A DNA stretch of 64,000 nt, taken from positions 37,448,001 through 37,512,000 of the forward strand of contig NC_043010.1 of assembly GCF_006345805.1 (NCBI RefSeq), written 5' to 3'. The DNA is from Octopus sinensis (Eukaryota). Below are positions 1-13,903 of this stretch, piece after piece (the stretch's first letter is position 1; each line of letters starts with the position of its first letter). Both the position numbers and the translations under genes were made by a program. Below the pieces are notes generated by a model. It was not told where the DNA came from and ran no database searches. It was given only the letters and a program-made list of their open reading frames with translations.

Positions 1-1656
1 TTCCTTCCTTTCTTCCTCACTTCATTTCTTGCTTTCCCTTTTCCCCTTCCTTCCTTACTCTTCTTTCTTTTTTTCTTTCCACTTTTTTGTCTCTTTTTCT
101 GTCTTTCTTCTCAAGCACACACACACATTTTTTATCTTTTACTAGTTTCAGTAATTTGACTGCAGCTATGCTTGGGACATCACCTTGAAGAATTTTTTCA
201 GATGAATGAATCGACCCCAATATTTATGTGTGTGTGTTTGTGTTGGTAATATCAATCCCCATTACTGCAGATTCACAGCTGACTCTACTTTGTGAAACAG
301 TTTCGCATCATAGCATAGACATTACAAGCAGGTCTTCTTTTGCACTGACGTTTGATGTTTAATCTAGCATTCACCCCTCCTCACACCAACACTCACAAAA
401 ACTTTCCCATTGTAAATCAAGCTCCAACGCTACCTTCAACTTTTCTTTTACATATTTCTGTAGATATATACCTGTGACACTGCTGTTGAGCATGCAAGTT
501 TATTCAGCTGACACTTATCTCAGACTTGAAATCATATGAAAAGACTCCCCTCTGGGTGAGACGGCAGTCTGTTGCAAGGTAACTCTCTTCCCTAAGCAGT
601 TTGTAGGTTGGAGCAACATGAAATGATGTGCTTGCTCAAAGATGCACTTTGCTGCTCAGCCTAAGGATTGATCTTGTGAACGCCAGCAGATATAGCTTGA
701 CGATTTCTGAAACTTATAGATATTCACTTTGCACAAGATCTTCAATAGAAACATGTTTAATTTAGCCATAATTGCCTCCCAAACCTGGGATCAATCTTCA
801 ATCACAATAATAATATTAGGAACACTTCTTACATATCTTGTAATTGTGGATCCCCTGATAACTGTCCCCTAAACAATATGTTCTTGGAAAAAGAACTGAT
901 GTATAGCTAACATTATTGACATGGATGGGACCATAAAAATTTACATTGGAATGACTAGAAATACCTTCAAGGAAAGATATGCAAAATTTGGTTTCGGCTA
1001 GTGTTAAGAGCAAAAGCCTTGCAACATCTTTATCCAATAATATGACACCTTAAAGAAAGGAATGTAGACAACTCCCATGCAAACTGAAGCATCATAGCTA
1101 ACGCAAGCAAATAAAAGGGATGAGGTCTCTGGTGTAACATCTGTGTCACAGAAGAAATAAAAAGCATGAAATCATTAGCAAACATTTTGAACATTAGGGG
1201 AAGAAACGTTCAACCCTTGCATAACACATTCAAGACTTCATTTAGCAAATTACAACTTCATGGACTAATTTACGTTCAAATCCTGTAGAACAGCCACATA
1301 TGGTAAGACACACATGCTTATACACTCACTAAACGCAGGCTGGATACATTATCTTTTATTTGTTTCAGTCATTGGATTGCGGCCTTTCTGGAGTAATGCC
1401 GTGAAGGATTTAGTCAAATCAACTTCAGTACTTTGTTATATATATATATATATATATATGGTCTTTCAAAATGTGACTGCGTGTGTACCGTTGGCGATTT
1501 TTTTCCCTCTGTCTTCCCTTCTCCTATATTTTCGACGAAGAGCTCCGCTCGAAACGTTAAACCCTCCTTCTTTCCTGAGCGTCCAATAATACTATATTTG
1601 TTCTACGTCCTCGCGTTGTTGTGTTTTTTTGTGCTTTCTTGTTTGGATTAACTTTA

Positions 1657-1910
1657 TCTCTTATTATAAAAGGCAGATTTTATCTGCCTCCCTTTGGGAG
1701 TTATACAAATCTACAATATAGGATTTCTTCAATTACAATTTACCTAGCAGTTTTAAAAGTACAATGCATCGCGTCATGCCAGGTCCAGTTTTTAAATTTT
1801 AAACTCCAATTAAGCAAAGTTTACAGAAAACTCACATTCTGGTGTGTGTGTCAAATGCTTTTCTTAGTCTGGTTTACACCACACGCAAACGCACACACAC
1901 AGTGGGCAAC
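1657..1910 (+). mobile_element. Helitron-like 5' end fragment (a|TCTCTTATTATAAAAGGCAG family)
   Basis: Near-identical start to the copy at 2996; 5'-TC after A; no 3' end seen. Confidence 0.5.
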
Positions 1911-2435
1911 GAATAAAATGAAAGTAAATGTAATATTTGTTTCTGTCTATCACGCTGATAGATACGTGAGTAAAATGTATGGGAAGCTAACAGATAACAG
2001 TGAGTGAAAATGTTCTTGGAAGAGAGTAAATTAGCGACAGTGATTTGAGGAAGACTAAACTGAAACTATGAAACAGTGTTTATGTATAAACAGACGACAC
2101 TTATATAAACCCTTTCGTTACCAAACCGCCCGAATTTACCTATTCATATTTAAATGAGAATATCAGAGTAAATCTCTTTAGTACATTCGTGAAAACACGT
2201 ATTATACTTCGTAAACACTTCAAATACAGTTTTGTACAAAAATCGAAGTGTAATTTTAATTCCATGAATTATGGGAGATTTTTTTCCGAAATTTGTTCCT
2301 ATTGTGTTTTCAAAATTTGTAATTCTGACAAAAAATGGATACGAATTTCATTATATCAAGCAGCGAGTCAGAATTCGAAGGATTTTCTACTGAAGACCTT
2401 CATAAATCTAACTCTATGACTGAAAAAAAAAAGCA

Positions 2436-2817
2436 TCTTTATATAAGAGTGAAGTTGTGTGTCTGTCCCCTTCGATTTAGATTCGTAATTACTCCCACAT
2501 TTTGCGGTGCAGTTTAACCAAAAGCGAGTATCTTATAGTCGTGATTCATATCGAGCCCTTCTGGGTATTAGCGCGCGTCTACGATTTAAAAAAAATTACC
2601 ATCATATTTTTCCATTTTAATGCATTTTTTTCGCTTTTATATAAGGGAAGTAACTCTCTAAAAATATCTACGATGTGTCAACGATTTTAAAAAAATTTAC
2701 CTTAATTTTTTTTCAATTTTTAATGCATTTTTTTGCTATTTTTTGGCTATAACTCTCTAAAAATGCTTATATAGTTATTTCCCTTACAACCCGAGCAACG
2801 CCGGGCGATACTGCTAG
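2436..2817 (+). mobile_element. Non-autonomous Helitron (complete)
   Basis: a|TC start, subterminal hairpin CCCGAGCAACGCCGGG, CTAG|t end, no TSD. Confidence 0.75.
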
Positions 2818-2995
2818 TATATATATATACATATGACGAATCTCTTTGTTTCCATCTACAATATCCGCTCAGAGGGATTTAGTTGGCCCAGGGTTATAGT
2901 AGAAGACACTTGGCCAAGTTGCCATGAAGTGGGACTGTACCCAGAGCCATGGGTTGAGAAGCAAACACCTTACTACACAGCTACGCCTGTATAAA

Positions 2996-4120
2996 TCTCT
3001 TATTATAAAAGGCAGATTTTATCTGTCTCCCTTTGTCTCTTATAGAAATCTACAATATAGGATTTCTTCAATTACAATTAACCTAGCATTTTTAAGAGTA
3101 GAATGCATCGGGTCGTGCCAGGTCCGGTTTTTAAAATTTCAACCCCAATTAAGCAAAATTTAGAGAAAACTCACATTGTGGTGTGTAAGTGAAGTGCTTT
3201 GCTTAGTGTGGGCTACAGCACACACACACACACACACACAAACGGAGCGATCTGTTTCACTCACGCTATCACCCTAATTTCTCCTCCTTTTTCTTTGCAA
3301 GAGTTGAACGATTAAAGTGAAACTATTTATATAAAACGGATCACTCATGCTATCAACATAATTTCTCATACTTTCTCTTTGCAAGTGTACCTTAAACCAC
3401 TACTAAAAAAAACACAGCAAACAGAAACAAATAAATACATAACGATTTACTCCTCACACAATTTCTTCAATTAGAGTTTACCTATGATTTTTCAAAGTAC
3501 TTCTATTTGGTCATGGCATACAAAATTTCTTTCAATTTCACCCCCAATTAAGACAAAATTCGAGAAAACTCAATATTTTAACATTTCACTCCGAAAGCAT
3601 TGATGTACATGTGTGCGTGCGTGAGAGTGTGTGTGTGTTTGATGGGATGTGCGACACAGAAAGTGTGGTGTGTAAGTGAAGTGCTTTTGTTAGTGTGTGT
3701 AAAGAGACAGAGAGAGTACACATACCTACGTACACCTAAAGCACGCACACACACACACACAAGCGGAGCGCGAACTTCAAAAGAACTTCGCGCGCTATCT
3801 ATCTGGTTTGCCATTCCTCACACACACGCATACACATACATATATGACAGTGACAAACCCAAACGTTTCAAACAACTACATACAAACACTCAAACACACA
3901 CACACGTGTGTGTTTGTTATTAGTAAAAAAGGCGCCAAACACAACTCACTTCTCATTCGAACACATTTGCAAAAACACACCGACGGTCGGATTGCCATAA
4001 CAATACAGAAAAGGTAAATTGGTTTTTAATTTACTTTCTGTCGTTAAATTTTGGTAGTATTAATTGGCGAGCGTACTTCTGTTGTCAATTGTTGACAGAA
4101 AGAAATTGTAAGCTAATAAG
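2996..4120 (+). mobile_element. Longer Helitron-like element with internal duplications and (CA)n tracts
   Basis: a|TC start shared with 1657; internal repeat of the cccaattaag..gaaaactca block; 3' end not identified. Confidence 0.45.
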
Positions 4121-4246
4121 GTGTGTGTGTGTGTGTGTAGGAAGTGAAGGATAAAAATATTGTAAGAAGTGGACAGATGTACATATATACATCCATACAT
4201 ACATGTGTGTGTGTGTCTATGTATGTGTATTAATGTGTGTGTGTTA

Positions 4247-4600
4247 TCTCTATATAAAGCTGAAGTTGTCTGTGCCACGTTTGGTAACCTTCAACTAACA
4301 CTATCTCCTCCGAGACCCTGCGGCGCAAGTTGACAAAAATTGAGAGTATGATAGAAGAAGGCTTGCTCTTCCTTCCGTAGAACATAAAATTCAAATCGGA
4401 CCGTGTTAACACCAAAAATTATTTACATCAAAAAGCTGCTTTTTTCCATGAAAATCCCTATTTTTTACGATTTTTTCACTGCTGTGTCGCCACTTTTCGG
4501 TGTATTTCGACCAGAAAAATGTTCACAAAATTTTTACTTTTCAAAATTACAATTCCAGCGGGTCGAAACAAACCCGAGCAACGCCGGGCGATACTGCTAG
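4247..4600 (+). mobile_element. Non-autonomous Helitron (complete)
   Basis: a|TC start; same 3' terminus CCCGAGCAACGCCGGGCGATACTGCTAG|t as 2436-2817. Confidence 0.75.
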
Positions 4601-5879
4601 TTTATATATATTTATAAATATAGGTATGCGTGAATGTTCTCATATAATGCATTTAATCTATGTTGAATGCAGATTCTTGTTAGAATCTAGGGAAATAACT
4701 AGATATCTTTAGAAAGTTACTTTCCCTCATCTGTTTTAATTCTGAAGTCACGCATTGTCTTATGTAACCCCGTGTAATCTCCACAACGGAAATGATTACT
4801 AACGTTTTTAAACGGACCGCTTGAAAATTGTGGAAATTCTTTCCACATGAAAACATTGGCATCATTGTTAATCAACAAATAAAGTATGAATGCAAGATAT
4901 TTAGTTACACCGTCGTACGTACGTTTCATTAACACAAGGGGATTATTAGTTAAATAATACATATTACAACCATTAAGTCCTATTATCAAATCGTCAGAGA
5001 CATGTAACTTTTATCAGTCAATGTAATAACAATAGATAAGGCATCGGTTTTACGTTTAATACGTTTAAGTAATGCTTTTTTAATAACAAAGCTGTGTAAG
5101 ATGGCTTCGCTTGCGGATTAGATATGTAAGTCTAGAATCTGAAGATAGTATTATAATGGAATATCATCGCAAGAGCCCCTGTTTGCATGGGGAATATATA
5201 TATATATATAAGATTGTAGGATTTGTTCAATAGAGGGATTCTAAATACTTTTAGCAGATAAGAGATAAGAGAAGCGAATGCGTAACGTTCTGTAAACGAA
5301 TTTTTCAAATCATTCTATTTTTATCGTAATGACTTCAGGTAAATTGATAGTTAGATCGTAACTACCCAAACAATTTATCCAGGAAACGAAAACATATACT
5401 AAATTTATCACCTAAATTATTGAAATGTATGGTTTTAAGGGTGTCGCGAAAGGCCTGGCTGGAGGTTCAACATTTCGAGTTCTTTTACCAAGCCTAGGAA
5501 AAACTGAAGGACCGCTGCAATAAATGTGTTAATCTGAGAGGGGAATATGTTGAATAAAATCATTAATTAACTGATCTTCCTCTATTTTCTTTTACTCAAA
5601 ACCAGGAACTTTTCAGCAGCTTCTGATAAATAACTAGGTATGATTTAACTGCGTATATCAAACTGCAAACTTTGCGGCGCTCTTTACATTGGGGAAACAA
5701 ACCAACGCTTTGCCGATGCATACTACTAGGCATATATTTTACCATTAATTTATAGAGCAATAAGAAAATGGAGGGGATCAATAGGTGGTTCGTCAACTTT
5801 TAGACATTATATTATGTCAACTTATTTATTTATTTACTAAATTGACAATTACAAGAATATACATACATGTATAACATGT

Positions 5880-6355
5880 TGTTACGAATACCTGCCGTCG
5901 CTCAAACTCTTCGGAAACCCGGGACCCTACCAAGTCGAGCGACGACGATCGACCGGCTCGATCGATCGGTGAACTCGCCACGGAACGAGAGAATTCGGTG
6001 GGGGAAGGTGTCAGCGAACTCGGCAACCAGCGACCGGAGATAACAACAACAACAGGAAGAGATACAGAGAGACACGGCGGAAAGCAGTTTGGCTTACGTT
6101 TAACAACAGTTTATGACAATTACGACATCAAATACAATGTAAAATACATCAGGTACATCAAAGAGAATAACATGCAACAAAATTAACAAGATCAAAGCAT
6201 GCAGGTACAATATACAGTCCGGAGACAACAGTTCAGATCAAATTAAAACAAATAATGTTCACATTAACGATACAGTTCAAATTGATGCAATATAGTTCAG
6301 AGTTCAATGTTCTACATTAGAGTCTTTCTCTTTCTTTTTCAACAACTCTGTAACA
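5880..6355 (-). mobile_element. Probable solo LTR
   Basis: TGTTAC...GTAACA inverted termini, CpG-rich interior unlike the flanks; TSD not evident. Confidence 0.45.
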
Positions 6356-7187
6356 CAATTCACAATGTTCTTTATAATCTCATTTCTTTAATTCAGTACT
6401 TCTTCCTCCTTTTTTCACATCAATCTTTTACATTTCGACAATTCTTTTTCCTTCTTTAACACATCAAAACATAAGCAAACATACCGTTACGAGCTACTAC
6501 AAATAGCCAATGCCTTCACGCCGTAATCTCCCTCACCTCCTCAATCCTCTGTGTATGTCTTTCTCAACGTTGTCGTTGCCTCTCACTCTTCTTAATCATA
6601 TCTGCCTGTCTTCCTCTTTCACATTCACTGTCTCCGGCGGAACCACCTGTCACCAACTCGCTCTGTTCCCCGACTGTCCAACAGACTCCCAGCTTCCGCT
6701 TTTTAAAGAGTAGCTTCCTCGACCCTTCTTTGACCGGCACAGGGTCGAAGGTCTCTTCAAAAGTCATCACTCTCTCCAGAAAATGGCAGAACAAAGGACA
6801 ATAACTTTATATCCCAAACTTCAAGACTAGGTCATAGCACTGTTTCCGAATTGACCTCCATATCAATATTATGCTTTACATATAAAATATATTAATATAT
6901 AAAGGTGCCAGTAATTATTAAAATATAACATACAGGAATTCTTGTATGGGCACAAGACGTCACCAATTGTGTAAACAACATGAAATACATAGAAAAGTGA
7001 GTTCAATACGTAAACAACGAGAGAGAAAATGGAAGACAGGACAAGTAAACACAGAGAAACGACCCTTCATCAGTTGTCGGCTGTCTATCTACTCTTCATT
7101 TCGAGCATTCAACGACAATATGAGTCTTCAAAGACTGTTGCTCCTGTAGAGGACTCTCTCTCTCTCCCCCCCCTCTCTCTCTCCCTC

Positions 7188-8100
7188 TGTTATATATACA
7201 TGAATACGAACGTAGTTGATAACAGCTAGCCTTCGGCCGCCCTTTTGGACCCTGTTGTGTCCACTACTATGATTGGTTGGTATTGGCGCAATTTGTCTCT
7301 TGCTCTGTTACGCGCTAATGTGCAACCCAACCAATTGCAGCCTTCTCATAAGGTCACGTGAGACAGTCTCTTCCATCTTTCGGTGAGCCAAGAGCTTGCT
7401 ATAAAATGCTAGCTTCAACACCGTATTTTGTCTTTCGGAGCACACAGCCAGTTCCAGCGACAGCAGCCACATGGAGACGCAGCAAACACTCGTCCAACAG
7501 CATACTGCAATTTCCTTCTTCGTCGCCTTCATCTTAACGTCGTCAATATCTCTCTACGTACACAGCAACCAGCAACACTCGTCCAGGTTCTATTTCCTCA
7601 CTGTTTGTGAATTACTTCACCATGGTCAACAGCAAGTATAACCTGCGAGAACTCCTGTAGCAACTCAACCGGCAGCAGCATAGTAGCCACAACTTCTTAC
7701 TCGACATGTGCCTCATCCGGCACTGCTTCTTCGCCACAACTTCTTGTTAAGGTACCTCAGCTATCGTGTACCTTGACTACGAACTGGTATTTATTCATCC
7801 TTGTGTCTGTACATTCTTCTAGCGTCCTATTATAGACTCTTTCTATGCTCTGTATTTTTATGCACACACATACACATTATGTAAACATGACGGCCTGTCT
7901 TTGTTATTTTTATATATGAACTTATGACGCACACACAGACACACATATTAACCTATCAATAATACCTTTCTCCGGTTGTGTCTCCCTTTTCTTTCTGGCA
8001 CTCATGCGCATTTATCCTTTTTCGTATTTGTTGTAATCGACCGTGCGATGTATTAAAGGAGCCATTCTTCGTCACCTCTCCTTCGCACGGTCGTTCTACA
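7188..8100 (+). mobile_element. Probable solo LTR (copy 1)
   Basis: TG...CA termini, CCAAT boxes, CTATAAAA TATA box, ATTAAA near the 3' end; sits after a (CT)n tract; homologous to 11398-12733. Confidence 0.6.
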
Positions 8101-8580
8101 CTCCCATGAATTCTAAAATAGAATTTAGGATTTATGGAGGGTCAAAGTTGGGACCAAAAACAGGACAGTGGAAACATACAAGAAAACCGAACGAAAACAA
8201 ACATGGAGGGTCGTTAGACCAGAACGAGAGGAAAATAGTGAAAGCTGGGAGAAATATTTTCTTTGAAAAGAGAAAAGATAGAAGAGAGAGAAGAAAATGT
8301 CCAATCCTTTAAACATTCATGCAGGAAAAGAAAGATGGACGATGGTTACGTGTGAGCAAAAAGAGAGAGAGAGAATTTATGGGAGCAACTGTCTTTGAAA
8401 ACTCATCTCATTGAATGGTCGAAATGAGGAGTTGATAGACAGCTGACAACTGATGAAGGGTTGTTTCTCTGTGTTTACTTGCCCTGTTTTCTAGTATCTT
8501 CCCCCGTTGTTTACGTATTTAATTCGTTTTTCTACGTATTTCATGCCGTTTTCACAGTTGGTGACGTCCTGTACCCATAT

Positions 8581-8701
<121 letters not shown>

Positions 8702-9772
8702 CATATATATATATATACATACATACTTATACACACACACATTATTTATTATTACATATATATATTTTTTGATTACGTCATAAGAATTTGGAAACTTCGA
8801 GAGATGTGAAATGAATCGTTTTAACCGCTTGAAGAACATAAAGCCCTAAATAATAGCTTTATCTACTTCGAGTTCCTCTTTTTAAAAACAATATAGATAC
8901 ACGCGCACACACACATACACATACACATATACACATACACATGCACAAGCACACGTATGTCAAAAAAACAACCATTAAAGTATCCAGGTCTAACATCCTG
9001 ATGTGTTTATGTTTCTGGTAAATATATATGAGTGCAAAGACACCTACACACGGGAAATCTTCATCTTCATAAGAAGCAAATTTGTAACTGAATGGCAGCT
9101 AAAAAAAACGTTTTCCATCTTATAACTCGAGAACTGATAAAATGAAAAGAAACGTCTGTTTTAACGATAACTAAAGTTGTAAAGATTCTTTACAAAGATA
9201 GTTCATGTTTCAAAATTATTCTTTAAAAAAATAAATTAAGGACAACTCACGAAATGTTTTTGTTTTTTTTTATATATATATTGATATTGGAAAAATATTT
9301 TGTTGAAAATTAAAAATAATAATTCTCAGGAAATTTTTAAAAATTGAAATTTGTTTTTTGTTAACTCACATTCAGTTGACTTCACAATGACACACAGTTA
9401 CCATATATAAACATATATATGTATGAGTGTATATGCGTGTGTTTGTGTATATATATGTGTGTTATGAAATCAATGGAAACAAAACGAAAGGCAACACAGA
9501 AAGGATAAGTTTTTACAAATATTGTGTTAGGATAACGCTTAAAAAGGAAAATTAAGGTGGGGGGAAAAAAAAAGAGTCTTAACGTTTTAGATGAAAGTCA
9601 TTTATCAGAAGAAAAGCGTAGAAGTGGTTAGAGGAAAAATACACACACACACACACACACACACACATTACATCAACCCCAGAGCTCAAATGTTATCTAT
9701 TTCATCGGTCTCGACATGTCGAAATGCTATGTTCTCCCCGGAGTCGTTTGAACTCCATATTTATATATAATG

Positions 9773-10062
9773 TGCGGAGGCGCAATAGCCCAGTGGTTAG
9801 GGCAGCGAACTCGCGGTTTCGATTCCCAGACCGGGCGTTGTGAGTGTTTATTGAGCGAAAACACCTAAAGCTCCACGAGGCTCCGGCAGAGAGTGGTGGC
9901 GATCCCTGCTGTACTCTTTCGCCACAACTTTCTCTCACTCTTTCTTCTGTTGGCCTGCTCGCTTAGCCAGCGGGGTGGCGTCATTTGAAGGCTAAAACAA
10001 TGCTAAGCGCATTGTGACCAGCGATGTGTAGCAACATCTGATAGCCTGGTCGATCACGGTGA
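9773..10062 (+). mobile_element. tRNA-headed SINE (GGAGGCGCAATGG head family)
   Basis: A-box-like and B-box-like (GGTTTCGATTCC) pol III motifs; homologous to 12119 and 41943. Confidence 0.85.
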
Positions 10063-10305
10063 TTTATATATAATGTATTTTATTTTTCCCGATGAGAGCG
10101 CTTCAGGATTTACTTGAAGGGTAAAAGTTTCCTCTGATAGCATTTATCCAACTTAAATAATATGCTAGGGCAAGGCATCTTTATGAACTCCAAGGTGAAC
10201 TTTTTCTTCACTTCAAAGAAACTTTAAGTAGCCGTTAGAACTGGCTTCAACCGGCCAAATTAAACAAACACTGCCGTGGTGAATACAGCTTCTTTTGTTC
10301 ATTAT

Positions 10306-10366
<61 letters not shown>

Positions 10367-10376
10367 GCTACTGCTA

Positions 10377-10409
<33 letters not shown>

Positions 10410-10513
10410 CTGCTGCTACAACGTAGATGTACAGAAGACAATTCTGAAAATTTTTTTATGCATACTGTGTACATAAACATATGTATGTATTTATGTATCT
10501 ATCTATCTATCCA

Positions 10514-10564
<51 letters not shown>

Positions 10565-10565
10565 C

Positions 10566-10648
<83 letters not shown>

Positions 10649-10730
10649 TATATATATATGACATTCTGAAAAATCTTATATATACATTCCATACATATAT
10701 GCATTCATACATACACACGCTTAAATACAT

Positions 10731-10779
<49 letters not shown>

Positions 10780-11287
10780 ACACACACACACACAAATATA
10801 TGTAATTTGTTTTCAGAATGTTTACTTTATAACAGACATCCCTACCGAAGAAACACGAATATAGACAAAAAATAAAGAGTATGTACATTAAAAAAAAAAA
10901 GAAAAAGAATATGTACATTAAAAAGAAAGAAAAAGATAAGAATTCAAAATAATATATTATAATGTATATAAACAGAGATAACAGTATGAAGAACATTAGC
11001 AACATGGCTGATGGGAAAATACCTCAGGGAAGAGTTTTATGCATCTAAAAAAATACAAATACGATAGGACCTTGTATATGTAATATAGTGAGTTATAAAA
11101 CTTCAATTAGCCGGAATATTTTTCATTCGGCTTTATTACTAATATTTATAATCAACATCGACATCTATACGTTGCTTTTATTTCCCTATATAGCGATGTT
11201 GAATCTTCGTTTTGCCAACTAAGAGGAATATGACTTCGCTGGTGCGGTTTTATAAGGCGGGAATATATCTGTAGCGTATGCTTAGTG

Positions 11288-11340
<53 letters not shown>

Positions 11341-11363
11341 CTCTCTCTATCTCTCTCTCTCAC

Positions 11364-11397
<34 letters not shown>

Positions 11398-11401
<4 letters not shown>

Positions 11402-12733
11402 ATATATAACATAAATACGAACGTATTAGATAACAGCTAGCCTTCGGCCGCATGGTCCCTGTTCTGATTGGTTGATATTGGCGCAACTTCTCTCTTGCTC
11501 TATTACGCGCCAATATGCAACCCAACCAATCGCAGCCTTCTGATAAGGTCACGTGAGACAGTCTCTTCTAAATCTCTGTTTAGCCGGCTGGTCCCTGTAA
11601 AAAGCTAGTTTCAACATCGTATTTCGTCTTTTGGTTCTAGACTTTCTAAGGTCTAACCAGTGACCACAGAGCACACAGCCAGTTCCAGCGACAGCAGCCC
11701 ACACGGAGAAACATCAACACTTCGTTCAGCAGCATACAGGACCTCCATCTTCGTCGCCTCCGTCTTCTTAACGTCGCCAACCATATCTCTACGTACACAG
11801 CAACCGTCGCCAGGTCCTATCTCTTCACTGTTCGTGAATTACTTCACCAAGGTTAACAGCAAGTACAACCTGCGAGATCTTCCTGTATCAAGTGACCGGC
11901 AGCAGCATAGTAGCCACAACTTCTTACACGACTTGTGCTTCAACCGGCTCTGCTTCTTCGCCACAACTTCTTGTTACAGTACTTCATCTATTGTGTACCT
12001 TACTACGAACTGGTATAAGAATGTTCAGACACAAGGAAGATAAATAATCCGTTATAGACTCATTTCTATGCTCTGTATTTTATCTCACACGCATACACCC
12101 TTATTTGTACACACATACGTGGAGGCGCAATGGCCCAGTGGTTAGGGCAGCGGACTCGCGGTCGTAGGATCGCGGTTTCGATTCCCAGACCGGGTGTTGT
12201 GAGTGTTTATTGAGCGAAAACACCTAAAGATCCACGAGGCTCCGGCAGGGGATGGTGGTGATTCCTGCTGTACTCTTTCACCACAACTTTCTCTCACTCT
12301 TACTTCCTGTTTCTGTTGTACCTGTATTTCAAAGGGCCGGCCTTGTCACTCTCTGTGTCACGCTGAATATCCCCGAGAATTACGTTAAGGGTACACGTGT
12401 CTGTGGAGTGCTCAGCCACTTACACGTTAATTTCACGAGCAGGCTGTTCCGTTGATCGGATCAACCGGAACCCTCGTCGTCGTAACCGACGGAGTGCTTC
12501 CACACACACATACACATTATGTATACATGACGACCTGTCTATTGTTATTATTTATATATGTACAAATGTTAACACCTAAATAAGATCTTCTCTTAAACCT
12601 TCTATCGGTTGTGTCTTTCTTTTCCTTCTGGCACTCGTACTCATTCACCCTTTAGCTTTTAATGTAAGCGACCGTGCGGTGTATTAAAGGAGTCATTCAT
12701 TCGTCACCTCTCCTGCGCACGGACGTTCTTACA
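11398..12733 (+). mobile_element. Probable solo LTR (copy 2) interrupted by a SINE
   Basis: Colinear with 7188-8100; TG...CA termini; SINE at 12119-12502 is absent from copy 1. Confidence 0.6.
12119..12502 (+). mobile_element. tRNA-headed SINE, full length
   Basis: A box TGGCCCAGTGG, B box GGTTTCGATTCC, (CA)n at the 3' end. Confidence 0.88.
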
Positions 12734-13869
12734 TGTCTTTTGCTTTCAGAACCACTTGGTTTAGCTTCAAAGACTAGGTCTATTCCAGTCTTCATTGTAG
12801 TGGTTCTCAACCTTTTTAATATTCGGGCCAGACCCAAAACCGGCATTTTATTTTAAGGGGCCATGCCAAAAAAAAAAGAAAGTAAAACCCAAGTCAATTA
12901 AAGGAAAATACATTATATTCATAGAGGGAAGACCGTCGGGGGTCACGGGAAGGATGTTTGAGGGCCGCATGCTACCCTACTGTTCTGAGCTTTGTTGTAC
13001 TGCAACGTACGATGGTGTGGTATACTGTAGGATTAGGATTAGAGTTACCGTCTTAGGGTTAGAATTACCGCCTTAATGTAACCGTCATAGCGCACCGGAT
13101 AGTTTCCCAAGGGCCTCATTGGTCTAGGGGCTTAATCCTGATCTACTTATACTGTCTTGCTGCCAATGAATAAATATTATAGGGCCCAGTGCATTGATTG
13201 CCTGCGGCCCTACAACGCTGCTGAGATGGTCCTGTAGTGTACGGTAATGCAGTGTACTGTAGCGTAGAATTCTGCACTGTAGTACGGGGACATACTATAG
13301 CGTATGGTGGTATACTTTAATGTATTACAGAATGAAGGAATGTACAGAATGAAGGAGTGGTGTCTGTATTGCCCTATAGTGTAGAATGGTGTACTGTACG
13401 GTATGATGGTGTACCGTACTGTAGTGTATGGCAGTTTACAGTACTGTACTTTTATGCTCGTCTTTCTGTTGTACTATAGCGTATGATGGGGCATTGTACT
13501 TTATACTAGTGCACAGCATTCTAATAAATGATAAGCGCTGAAGGCGTAGTATATTCTGTGTATGTATGGGGGAGAGGTGTTGGTGTGCCATACCGTACAG
13601 TTTGCTAGTGTACTGTTTTATATGCCCATGTATTGTACTGTAAGTGTATTGCGTGGTAGAAGTATGACGGCGGCGGGATACGGCGTGATGGAGTGCTGAG
13701 GAAAAGGAGTTGATAGAAAGTGTGGTGGGTGTGTAGGTGGGTGTGTGTGGGGGAGACAAGGAGAAAGAGACGGACAGACAGAGAGGTGGGTAGAGATGAC
13801 CAACAAAGACAGAAGGAAGAAGAAAATGAAGAAGAAGCAATATGGAAGATGAAATTGAAGAATAAGAAC

Positions 13870-13903
<34 letters not shown>

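Noticed and set aside
720-1040. Stop-poor minus-strand stretch (ORF 816-1037) as a possible exon or old transposase
   Set aside because: No recognisable motif in any frame and no consistent splice sites.
6490-6800. Possible L1/Tx1 C-terminal remnant on the minus strand (FLERVMTFEETFDP)
   Set aside because: The resemblance is weak and only recalled; a translated search is needed.
13025-13080. TTAGGG-like words suggesting an interstitial telomere
   Set aside because: Only one exact unit, within a degenerate low-complexity tract.
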